A program made the translations under genes and the position numbers. The notes beneath the pieces are model-generated. The model made no database searches. It was given only the letters and a program-made list of their open reading frames with translations, and was not told the origin of the DNA. A stretch of DNA of 64,000 nucleotides, taken from Macrostomum hystrix. Taxonomy: Eukaryota > Animalia > Platyhelminthes. Of this stretch, positions 25,915 through 37,488 are shown piece by piece (within the stretch, counting starts at the first letter, position 1; each line of letters starts with the position of its first letter). Location of the stretch: assembly GCA_950097015.1 (NCBI GenBank), contig CATNEN010000007.1:3224001-3288000 (forward strand). Reading direction: 5' to 3'.

Positions 25915-26120
25915 GAGGGTACACACAAGTGTGTACATCAGACCCTGACTTTCTCATGGTCAGGCAGTGTACACTTTCACTGTGCATTGGAGGTTGTCCC
26001 TCAAGGGCGTAAATTGCACGACAAGCCCCAAGCCTTCTCTCGGCGGCTGGGCCGGAATCGAGCCCAGGAACCTTGGTGCGAGAGACAAACTCGTTTATAA
26101 CGCTCTGCCACTCACCTCGG
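25915..26120 (-). mobile_element. tRNA-derived SINE, family A, copy 2
   Basis: On the minus strand: A-box-like TGGCAGAGCG, B-box-like GGGCTCGATTCC, and the body shared with copy 1. Confidence 0.8.
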
Positions 26121-26815
26121 TAATAATTCGGGAATTCATATTTTGTCGCTGTACGTATTATCTACATACATACATATGTATAAATATATACATATTCTTG
26201 CCAGCAGAGAAGATCTCGGATTTAGCTAGTCAAAGCTGGTAAAAGTCGAGATTCGAGTTTACCCAACTATCTCACAAAAGAAAAGCACTGCTTAATATCG
26301 ATGAAGTGCTTTGATTATGTCTGCGAGCACTTCATGATACTCGTAGCAAAAACTGGCATGGCAACCTCCCATGCAGTCAGTCTGTTACCGTCTGTCCTAT
26401 CTTGTCAGCTAGACTTACTTAGGCCAGGCAACTGCTATGGGATGAATGCACACTAGGCTCACCGGACAGGTAGATATAGTGGCCCAATCTGTATGTGCCT
26501 GAGTTACTGCCATTCTCCGCATGAACAAACTAAAAATAGAATGTGTACATATATCCTAAGGCTGGTTTCGTGTTTTCTCTATTCTTCAATTGAGCCATTT
26601 CTCTCCAACATACAGTTGCTGTGCATGCAAAAGTGTACAAGCGTTGAAAACTTGGCATTGCCAGTTGCCAGCGTAAGTACGCAAGACACTTCTGAGATCT
26701 CTCCTGCTTTTCCACTGCAGATCTCACCCGCTTCTTGCTACGACAAAACACAAAAAATTAATATAATTGTCCTAATCGAAGAACCCCAGAAAAGCCTAGA
26801 AAACCTTCCTGAAAG

Positions 26816-28204
26816 ATGTACCGCAGCTCACGCAGCGAGGAGGATTTCGAGTCGCTCAGCGAGTCCCTGGTGCGCGAGGCGACCCCGACGGCCCTGGGGC
26901 TGATCGAGCACCTGTACAAGCGCAACCGGGACTCGAAGTTTGCGGAGCCGTCGACGGGCCGCCAGCGCCGGCTGGAGCAGCGGATGCTGGCTTCGCTGTT
27001 GAGCAGCGTGCAGGACCGCAGCGACGAGTCGGTGGAGTTCTGCCAGTTGCTGGCCACGTCCGACAGCTTCATTAGCGGCGTGTTCTGCGACATGTTGAAC
27101 TGCTGGAGCTCGGACTACCTGGCCCGAAAGCTGGGTGACCAGTGCGCAGACCTGATGTTCCAGATGATTACTATCGTGTTCAACTGCCTGTTCAAGAACG
27201 ACAGCTTCGTAAACTCCAACCTGGCCAACTTTGACCTCGTTGGACCGACTCAGCCTCTGTTGAAGTCCCCGGAGTCGGCGCGCTCGCTGCAGGCCCTGCT
27301 GCTTGTGGCCTTCGCATTGGACGAGAGCAAGGCCGACCTGTTCTTGGGAGAGAGTGACATCATCGGGCACCTGGTCGGCGGGCTCAAGGCTTCGCTGAGC
27401 TCCAGCGAGCGCAGCTTCGAGACAGGCAACATGGTGTACAGCCTGCCCGAGCTGGCCAGGTGCACCCAGCGGCTCGCTCTCAACGACGTCAACAAGGGCC
27501 TGTTAATAAAGCTCGGCGTGCTGCCCGCCGTCAAGGCGATGCTGGAGGCCACCGAGTCGCAGGACGTTGGCGCGGGGCTTGAGTTAGCGTTCACGCTGTC
27601 GTTTGAAAAGGACCGTCAGCTCAAGCTGGCCATAGGAGCTGAGATCTGCGACAGCCTCAAGCGCCTGGCCGCCGCCAAGGACTGGGAGATGTCGCAGACG
27701 CTGCAGGGCCTGCTGTTCAACATGGGCGAGAAGTTCACCATGAAGGTGCTGGGGCCCAGCAGCCGGATGTTCGCTTCTGTGGAGGAGTCCACCAATGAAG
27801 ACGAGAAACCAGTAACCGAAAGCAACTATGTGGTGATCAGCTTCGATCCGGAGCAGCTGGAGTTTGCCAAAAAGTTGCGATCTGACCTTGCGGCCTTCGG
27901 CATTAGCATCTGGGACAACATCAGCCGGTCGAACGTCTCGCTACAGGTGATGCTTGAGGCAACGCTGCACTGCAGCGCCTTCATTGTGTGCCTGTCGAGA
28001 CGCTACAAGGAGAACAACTCGTGCCGCATGGAGGCGGAGCACGCGCGCAGTCAGAAGAAGCTGGCGGTGCTGGTTCAAGCCGAGCCGAACTGCAAACCCA
28101 CCGGCTGGCTGACCCTGCTGCTGGCCTCCGGACCGATGGTGCCGATGGGAGGCGACGCCGCCGGAGAGATTTGTCGAAGAATGCGGGCGTCGGATGAGGC
28201 ATAG
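26816..28204 (+). CDS. ARM-repeat plus C-terminal TIR (TIR_2-like) domain protein, intronless
   Basis: ARM-like LALNDVNKGLLIKLGVLPAVKAML...LAFTLSF; TIR motifs VVISF, KLRSDLAAFGISIW, AFIVCLSRRYKENNSCRMEAEHA, PNCKPTGWL. Confidence 0.8.
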   Translation: MYRSSRSEEDFESLSESLVREATPTALGLIEHLYKRNRDSKFAEPSTGRQRRLEQRMLASLLSSVQDRSDESVEFCQLLATSDSFISGVFCDMLNCWSSDYLARKLGDQCADLMFQMITIVFNCLFKNDSFVNSNLANFDLVGPTQPLLKSPESARSLQALLLVAFALDESKADLFLGESDIIGHLVGGLKASLSSSERSFETGNMVYSLPELARCTQRLALNDVNKGLLIKLGVLPAVKAMLEATESQDVGAGLELAFTLSFEKDRQLKLAIGAEICDSLKRLAAAKDWEMSQTLQGLLFNMGEKFTMKVLGPSSRMFASVEESTNEDEKPVTESNYVVISFDPEQLEFAKKLRSDLAAFGISIWDNISRSNVSLQVMLEATLHCSAFIVCLSRRYKENNSCRMEAEHARSQKKLAVLVQAEPNCKPTGWLTLLLASGPMVPMGGDAAGEICRRMRASDEA

Positions 28205-30955
28205 TCTGGACTTCCTTTAATGCGGCTCAGTTTGAGTAAACGAGCAATTCACGAAGATATTTTCCTGGTAGCTACAATTGGTTTTGCGAGTATTCATGAA
28301 ACAATGCATAACTTGCATGAACCGCGTTGCTAGCATGCTGCTTTTAATTGAAGCCTATTCCTAATTTGAAGTATCGAGTGTGAGCCGTCATTGTACGCCT
28401 CTTTACGAGTAATCTTTTGAGAGCTTTTCTTTTGAAAAACTTGCATAACGTTGTTTCGTAGAATCCGTGAAGACGAAACAATCATACTGTGTACTATTGT
28501 CACAGTCTAAAAACTATTGTCATTAACTTAATTTTCCGATTCTTTGTAATTGAGTTATAATTAAATCCTAGTGATGAGATTGTGATGTGCTCTGAAAGCT
28601 GAAACACTGCACAATCGCGTTTATGACATTAATTACCAATGAGGAGACTAATGGAAATGCGCCATGCTATCCATAAGGATTGTTTTCTTTCTTCCATAAA
28701 TCGCAGCGAGTTGTTGAAATGCACAGAAAAGTAAAAGAAATGACAGCATTTAATTTTTGTCGACAATGTAAGTTCAAAGTTTGAAGTATAGATCAGTCCC
28801 TAACTGTAAAACTAAGAGTGCAGCCTTGAAATTCAAGGAAAGTAAAATTACAAAATTGATACACCACAATTTTTACCCAAATAAAATGGGACAGGCAAAT
28901 CTGACTAACTGTCGAGAACTTTTAGTCTTAACTTTTAAATGAAGCCTGAACTAATTGCGTGTCAGAAATATTTTAAATTGCAACCATCGAATGGCCAAGC
29001 TACACGTTGTTTGTGGTAAAACAAATCGCTGGAGCATGTAGTTTATTGAAGTGCGCATCAATGACCCCACTGAAAATACAATGTTTGGTGCTTAATAAGT
29101 TCACAGGAACTTTGCAATAGAGAATAAATATCTGAGGAAGAAATTTTGATTAATAAATTACAAAAACGGCATTGTATACGTTAGATCTCACAGTCTCATT
29201 ATCTTAGGGTGAGCAAGTAAATGTGTTGAGCAGTAAAGGTGCTATAAACGAAAAATTCCTATTGACTGTTTTGTTACATAATGAGGCTTCTAGTTATAGC
29301 ACTCTTAGTTTCTGTGTGCCTTCAATCCGCACTATGTACAACAAAAAGAACTCTTGTACTTCTGGAGAACCTTTCATTCAGGGAATCTTATTCCCAATAC
29401 TTCAAGTTATTGCGTGGTAGGTTGTTCTATTTTGTTTCTCATTGTTGACCGAATGCTAATAAATATATTTTAAAAAACTTAATTTCTATGCCTATTTATG
29501 ACTAGGGTTATGTTTTTATTTTCTATTTGAATTGCATATGTTTTTTTCTGGTGTACTCTGACATAGTGCAATCACAAATTTTCAAGTGAGCATCAATCTA
29601 AGTCAAAATGGACAAAACCAACTTCATTGTTGTGTGTGTGTGTGTGTGTTAATTTGGATTTTTTTAATTTATTACTTGCACATAATCTGGATCATGCTGA
29701 TTATATGGTTAGAGTATTTGTCATAGTAGTGGAACTATTAAGTTGCAAGTTTCTGTGGTAAAATGAAAGAACATTTTGTGTAGAGTTCATCGAGATGCAA
29801 GTTTTGTTCCTCTATCAACAATTAAGAAAGTTATGGAACTTTTCCTACAAGCATGGAAAACATCAACATTTCGTAGAAATTACATTTTTGGAAATTTTCT
29901 TGCTGATGAATAGCGATATCATTTTTCTTACTCAGAGTTCTGAGATAGCAGATATATCGTTGTGTAGTTATTAAACTCTTCTTTTTTTGAGGGGTCTTGG
30001 GAAAAAAGCATCATATTATTTCATGGCAAGACAACAAATAGTAAAGCAACATCCATGTTGGGTTTGATGATGCACTGTTCGGTTGATGATGTTTTACCCT
30101 ATAACTGGTTATATAATGTGCTGGTTATATAGCACATCACCTGTATTTTGCTAACATGCTCTACTGATTTTTTACCATTAACTGGCACACTTTAAGTCTA
30201 ATAACACCAATCCAGAAGCCCACCTGGCAGCACAGTCATTTACTGTGGATCCAAACTCCCTTATAATTACCTCTGCTGAATTTTGACACACAATCCTACA
30301 GAATTTGGACACAATATTTGACACTCATCATATCATTTTTCCAATTGTGTCATTGTTTTCCATTGTTTTGAAATGATTTCCCAATGTTTTTGCATTGATT
30401 GGAAATGAAACTAAAAAACAGTTTAACAAATGATTAAAAAAGAATGCCTTCTTGAATCTTGATTTAATATAAAATTTAAGCCAAATAGAAAAAGTTGCTC
30501 TCAAGGCTTTATCCCTTATTATGCCTAGAAAAAAAGACCAAGACAGTATTCTGAATTGAGCCAAGTTGTTTCATTTGTCAGTTAGCTATTTTATAATAAT
30601 TACAATGAGTGACACTATGGCAGCAGATCAAGTAATTAGAACTTGAAATTTAAAATTATATTGTTTGTTAAAAGTAAAGAATTTATGTATCCTTTTAAGT
30701 TAACATTTGACAATATTACATAAGTGGCAGCCTGTAAGTCCCCTTTTCAGGAATTTACACTTTCTACCAGGACACTGATCCAGACTTTTGTGCCTACATT
30801 GCCCATTTTGCTTCCAAATCTCATGCTAGAATTTATAGCATCAAACCACATGATCTAGACTATGTCTATTTGCTATGCTAGTTAGCTAGGCCTTTGCCCT
30901 TTGGCTATATATAAAAATATTCCTATTCCTAATTCCTAAATATTCCTAATTTTAG

Positions 30956-33811
30956 ATAATGGCTTTGAACTTTCATTCCGGACTGCTGATGACTCTACCC
31001 TCACCCTGACCAAGTATGGCGAATTTCTGTATGACAACCTCATTATCTTTGCGCCATCTACTCGTGGTAAGCTTTCTGTTTAAATTAAAAGTTTTGATTA
31101 ACTGAAACTAGTTCTCTGAAGGCTGCTCACAGATGCTAGTAATTTTTCTCATTTTCGGAAGAGTTTGGCGGCAAGCTCAACACGCCGGCCATCACGGACT
31201 TTGTTGACAACGGCGGCAACCTTCTAGTTGCTGGCAGTTCCAACATTGGCGAGGCTCTTCGCGATCTGGCCACCGAATGCGGCGTTGAGTACGACTATGA
31301 GAAGACCGCCCTGATCGACCACCTCCGCTACGACTCCAAGGACACTGGCCGGCACACCCTCATCATTGCTGATAAGCGCAACCTGCTCGATGCTCCGGTG
31401 ATTGTCGGAGAGAAGGCCAAGACCAGCCTGAAGCCGATACTTTTCCGCGGCGTTGCCATGACAGCCGATACCGCCAATCCCCTGGTACTGCCAATCCTGC
31501 ACGCTGACAGCACCGCTTACAGCTTTGATCCCGAACGGCCGGTAGAAGATTATCCCAATGCTATTGGCCGGTCCGCCCTGCTCATTGCTGGCCTGCAGGC
31601 GAGGAACAATGCCCGCGCGGTCTTTGTCGGCTCGCTGGAATTCTTCTCCGACGAGTTCTTTAGCGCCGCCGTGGAGCCCGCTGATCCCAGCGCAGCCGGC
31701 ATCTCCGCTTCCGAGGTTAGCGGCGTTTGAACTAGATCCGCTTATGTCTTGAAATATATTTACTATTTCTAAATCCTAATTTCTCTAGACTCAAACCCTT
31801 AAAGTCCCCAACTTCCCTAGACTCAAGCCCTCAAAATCATAACCTCTCGTGACTCAAGCCCTCAAAATCCCAACCTCTCGTGACTCAAGCCCTCAGAATC
31901 CCTACCTCTCGTGGCTCAAGCCCTCAAAATCCCAACCTCTCGTGACTCAAGCCCTCAAATCCCAACCTCTCGTGGCTCAAGCCCTCAAAATCCCAACCTC
32001 TCGTGACTTAAGCCCTCAAAATCCCAACCTCTCGTGACTCAAGCCCTCAAAATCCCAACCTCTCGTGATTCAAGCCCTCAAAATCCCAACCTCTCGTGAT
32101 TCATGCCATCAGAATCCCAACTCTTCCTAGACTCAAGGCATCAAAATTTCAACCCTTTAGACTCATGCCATTAAAATCTCAACCTCCCTTGACTCTAGCC
32201 ATCAATCTCAACCTCCCTTGACTCTAGCCATCAATCTCAACCTCCCCTTAAAGTTCTATCCTTGTCTTGTTCCTAAACTTCTATATTCAGGCCCTTAAAT
32301 TTCATTCCCTGCTGTACGCTCTTATACTGGCCTTTGAAATCCTCCAGACCCATTGAAATCTTTAGATTCAGCCTTCAAAGTTTTTAAAGACTTAAAAACA
32401 TATAAAGTCTTAGAATTTGAATTTAATTCAATTAAACCCATAATAAAAATGCCATCATACCTAGACCCAATTAGCATGTATTTAGTTTTATAAATCAGAA
32501 AAGTTGTGTATCTCATTATTGAACTTCTATAAAGTTTCACTTTCTTAACTAAACAATTCACTCCTCCAGGCGAGCGGCAATCGCGACCTGGCCCTCTCCC
32601 TGTCCCAGTGGGTGTTCAAACAGCGCGGCGTTCTGCGCTACCGCGACGTCAAGCACAGCCTAGCCGGCCAGTCCGCCCCGCCCGAGTTCTACACCGTCAA
32701 GGACCGCGTCCAGTTCTTCATCACTATCGACATCTGGAAGCCGGAGACTGGCCGCTGGGAACCCTACCAGGTGTGTTTCAGAGACATTGTGTCCGACTGC
32801 TAAAATATGATTAGTTGTATTGTTAACCAATCCACCAGTAATAATAATAATAATAATAATAATTGATTACATCTGCCCTAATCGGGTCAGATGTGCAGCC
32901 GACAGCACAGCCGCAGCTAATGCGCGGCGCATCTGAAGGCTGCGTACAGCTGTTCAGTCCATGGACTAGGGGGACGCCACACCCACCTTCAATTATCCCA
33001 GCTGATGCTGGTACCCATTTAACAGCTGGGTGAACTGAAGCAATGCAGAGATAAGTGTCTTGCTAAAGGACACAAATTGTTCCAGTGGAGTCGGGAATCG
33101 AACCCCCGACCTTTAAGTCGTGAGTCCGACGCTCTAACCACTAGGCTACAACCTGTTTCCACCAGACAATACTTTAACAGTAGAAAGAACACGGGATATT
33201 TCTAATACCAACATTTTTTTGTTTTCTGTAGATCTCCCGAAACATTCTACCAATCGGCATGAAAATCCGCTACACTGGGTCATCCGGTTTGGGAGATATC
33301 GTGAAGTAGGCACTGGGTCATCCGGTTTGGGAGCTATCGTGAAGTAGGCAGTGGGTCATCCGGTTTGGGAGATATCGTGAAGTAGGCACTGGGTATTAAA
33401 AATACCCCGTGATCTTTTCCCAGCGAGGTCTTTCTACTGTTAACGAGTCGCCCAATAAACACGCATCCGCAGGCCTCCGACGTGCAGCTAGAATTTGTCC
33501 GCATCGATCCGTTTGTGCGCACCAGCCTGCGCTCCGATGGTAAAGGCCATTTCCGGGCCGATTTCCAACTGCCTGACGTCTACGGTGTCTACCAGTTCAA
33601 GGTCGACTATACCAGGGTTGGCCTGACTAGCCTGCACAGCTCCACCCTGGTGTCTGTCCGGCCGTTGCGTCACACCCAGTACGATCGGTTCATTGTGGCG
33701 GCTTATCCCTACTACGTATCCGCATTCAGCATGATGGCCGGCCTGCTACTATTCTCATTTGTGTTCCTGTACCATCGCGACGATGCGGTCGAGCACAAGA
33801 AGAAGGAGTAA
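30956..33811 (+). CDS. DDOST: Oligosaccharyltransferase 48-kDa subunit (OST48/WBP1); first exon not located
   Basis: [73 protein letters not shown]-terminal TM and KKKE. Phase-consistent exons 30956-31066, 31162-31715, 32570-32770, 33473-33811. Confidence 0.96.
31790..32250. repeat. About 31-bp tandem repeat (CTCTCGTGACTCAAGCCCTCAAAATCCCAAC) in a DDOST intron
   Basis: Visible array that degenerates at both ends. Confidence 0.92.
32839..33157 (-). mobile_element. CORE-type tRNA-derived SINE with (ATT)n tail
   Basis: Minus strand: A box TAGCCTAGTGG, B box GGTTCGATTCC, CORE-like TGTGTCCTTTAGCAAGACACTT...CACCCAGCTGTTAAATGGGTACC, ATT tail; TSD TCCACCAG at 32831-32838 and 33158-33165. Confidence 0.88.
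33276..33393. repeat. 38-bp unit x3 (GGGTCATCCGGTTTGGGAGATATCGTGAAGTAGGCACT)
   Basis: Three visible copies in the last DDOST intron. Confidence 0.9.
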
Positions 33812-34499
33812 GCTAGGGCTGTGCTAGAACTGGAACAAACATAATTAACCATTTTTATACAAACCCTAGTTAATAACTAACGAAATCATATTTGTTGGCC
33901 AAACATAGTTTCATTACTATGCGTCTATTGCTACTGAAAGTAACCAAATAACCATATTTCCTTCTATTCAGATTCTTATCTAGTTTTATTTACTGTCGGT
34001 TAGTAGCAAGATTAATAGCTGTCTGAACAATTGTCGGAATCTGGAGCTGGTTGATAGTTGTAGTTATAAACAATATTCATTATCATTTGATATGGATGAG
34101 GCTTATAATTTAATACATAATCTGTTCCTCTATAATTGCAACAGTTTCTTACTGTATAATTAGCCAATTTGTCACAAGGCTCGGTTTCACAGGAAAACAC
34201 CAACTTTGGAAGTGAAATTTGAGTATTGATATAGAAAAATACACCGGTTTTGTGTGACGTTATTAATAGGCTGTTGTCGCATTCACTGACAAGTCGATTT
34301 GTTAAAGCAATCCCGATTTTGGGTGTAAGACATGATTTTGTGCACCGTTTTATAATTTATTTTCCTGGATTTTATTGACATATGCATAGTGATTTATAAT
34401 GCAGTCTTTTATCAATAACTTTATAATATTTACTATAGTAATCATAGTCAACTTCCAACCCACTTCCGAATACCATATTTAAATATCGAACTGAAGGTG

Positions 34500-36481
34500 G
34501 ATGAATTACCCACCTCTAAATATCCACCTCTGAATACCCACCTCTGAATATTCACCTCTAAATATTCACCTCTGAATACCCACCTCTGAATATTCACCTC
34601 TGAATACCCACCTCTGAATACCCACCTCTGAATACCCACCTCTGAATATTCACCTCTGAATACCCACCTCTGAATACCCACCTCTGAATACCCACCTCTG
34701 AATATTCACCTCTCAATACTCACCTCTGAATACCCACCTCTGAATACCCACCTCTGAATACCCACCTGTAAATACCCACCTCTAAATACCCACCTCTGAA
34801 TACCCACCTCTGAATATTCACCTCTGAATACCCACCTCTGAATACCCACCTCTGAATACTCACCTCTGAATACTCACCTCTGAATACCCACCTCTGAATA
34901 CCCACCTGTAAATACCCACCTCTAAATACCCACCTCTAAATATTCACCACTGAATACCCACCTGTAAATACCCACCTCTAAATACCCACCTCTGAATATT
35001 CCCCTGTGAATACCCACCTCTAAATATTCACCTCTGAATATACCCACCTCTAAATATTCACCTCTGAATACCCACCTCTGAATATTCACCTCTGAATACC
35101 CACCTCTGAATATTCACCTCTGAATACCCACCTCTAAATATTCACCTCTGAATACCCACCTCTGAATATTCACCTCTGAATACCCACCTCTGAATACCCA
35201 CCTCTGAATACCCACCTGTGAATATTCACCTCTAAATATTCACCTCTGAATACCCACCTCTTAATATTCACCTCTGAATACCCACCTCTGAATACCCACC
35301 TCTGAATATTCACCTCTGAATACCCACCTCTGAATACCCACCTCTGAATATTCACCTCTGAATACCCACCTCTAAATACCCACCTCTGAATATTCACCTC
35401 TGAATACCCACCTCTGAATACCCACCTCTGAATATTCACCTCTGAATACCCACCTCTGAATACCCACCTCTGAATACCCACCTCTGAATACCCACCTCTA
35501 AATATTCACCTCTGAATACCCACCTCTAAATATTCACCTCTGAATACCCACCTCTGAATATTCACCTCTGAATACCCACCTCTGAATATTCACCTCTGAA
35601 TACCCACCTCTTAATATTCACCTCTGAATACCCACCTCTGAATATCCACCTCTGAATACCCACCTCTTAATATTCACCTCTGAATACCCACCTCTGAATA
35701 TTCACCTCTGAATACCCACCTCTTAATATCCACCTCTGAATACCCACCTCTGAATATTCACCTCTGAATACCCACCTCTAAATACCCACCTCTAAATATT
35801 CACCTCTGAATACCCACCTCTAAATACCCACCTCTGAATATTCACCTCTGAATACCCACCTCTTAATATTCACCTCTGAATACCCACCTCTTAATATTCA
35901 CCTCTGAATACCCACCTCTGAATATTCACCTCTGAATACCCACCTCTTAATATTCACCTCTGAATACCCACCTCTTAATATTCACCTCTGAATACCCACC
36001 TCTGAATATTCACCTCTGAATACCCACCTCTTAATATTCACCTCTGAATACCCACCTCTGAATATCCACCTCTGAATACCCACCTCTAAATATTCACCTC
36101 TGAATACCCACCTCTGAATATTCACCTCTGAATACCCACCTCTGAATACCCACCTCTGAATACCCACCTCTGAATACCCACCTCTTAATATCCACCTCTG
36201 AATACCCACCTCTTAATATTCACCTCTGAATACCCACCTCTGAATACCCACCTCTGAATACCCACCTCTGAATATTCACCTCTGAATACCCACCTCTAAA
36301 TACCCACCTCTAAATATTCACCTCTGAATACCCACCTCTAAATACCCACCTCTAAATATTCACCTCTGAATACCCACCTCTAAATACCCATCTGTAAATA
36401 CCCACCTCTAAGTAACTACCCTAAATGCCTATCTCTAAATATCCTCGTGTAAATGCTCACCTCTGAATATGTACCTTTAAA
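34500..36481. repeat. 14-bp minisatellite (TGAATACCCACCTC / TGAATATTCACCTC), interrupted at its degenerate edge by the Helitron
   Basis: About 2 kb array; degenerate units resume at 50989 after the Helitron 3' end. Confidence 0.96.
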
Positions 36482-37488
36482 TCTAATACCTAAATCTGTG
36501 TATGTTTCTGCCTATGTCTGTCTGTCTGTCTGTCTGTCTGTCCGTATGTTTCACGTTTTAAGCTGAATGCCTGGACCATTTTCAACCGGATTTGTTGAAT
36601 TCGATTCGAAATTTTCAGCCGGTGGTGTGGCTTAAAATTGGTTGAATTCTGTTTATATTAAGACTGTTAAATTGACAGAAAACTGTATTTTTTGCAAAGT
36701 TCATTCAAGTTCAAACATGCTCGGCTGCTCTGGCTTGCTAAAAGTGTTCATTTCATTAGATTGCATCAGCAGTGCCCAAGTTCAATTTACTCTCTTACCC
36801 TCTTTTCTGCATAGGCTAAAAAATCCATGCGCATCAATGTGCGTGTGGACCTTTCCTGCCGGCCAAATGAATTGCCCAGTGCTAAATGTGCATATCGTGT
36901 GTATTTGTGGGTCCCGCTTACCCTGGCTGGCTGAATTATTCATTGCTAGCCTAGACGCACTAAAATGTACACTTCTTAGCTAGCTAGCAGTGAGAGATTC
37001 AAACATAAATATGCAGATTTTTGTGCCCTCACATCAACGGTCGGATAGCCAGCTGGTAGGCACTTAGGCTAGGTTAGGCTAGGATTCCCCGGCTCGAGTC
37101 CCCAGTGCGGCTGGCAAATTAATTGTCTTAATGGATGCCACCTGCTACTTTCAGTAACAGTCAGTGTGCTAAGTAACCTTTTTTCTTTTGTATGTTTCAC
37201 ATCTGTTTCACGTTTTTAAGCTGAATGCTAAATGAGATTATCGCTTACATTTGCGATTGGCTGCTGCATTCAATACAGAAATTTCTGTATTGACAGGGTA
37301 CAGTTTGTACAGGTACAAAGGCGAATGTACAAATCAGGAGTACATATGCAACAGATATTGATTTAAAGGTATGAGAGCTGCATGGTTTGTTTCTTCAAAT
37401 TTATTCACCCATCGCTTTGTCTATAAAAAGCATTTCGTATATCTGAACACTTTTATCGGATTTTTGTCTTCATTGTCTAAGCAAAGTA

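Noticed and set aside
30280-30350. TILQNLDTIFDTHHIIF as a possible DDOST first exon
   Set aside because: Only a vague resemblance to TLVLLDNLNVRETHSLFF, AT-rich codons unlike the other exons, and no suitable signal peptide or donor.
33080-33153. tRNA-like sequence on the minus strand
   Set aside because: It is the head of the CORE-SINE, runs directly into the SINE body and lacks a proper acceptor stem.
34448-36209. GIQRWVFRGGYSEV ORFs and the CRISPR-like regularity of this and other arrays
   Set aside because: Head-to-tail satellite with no unique spacers and no cas genes, in a eukaryotic context.
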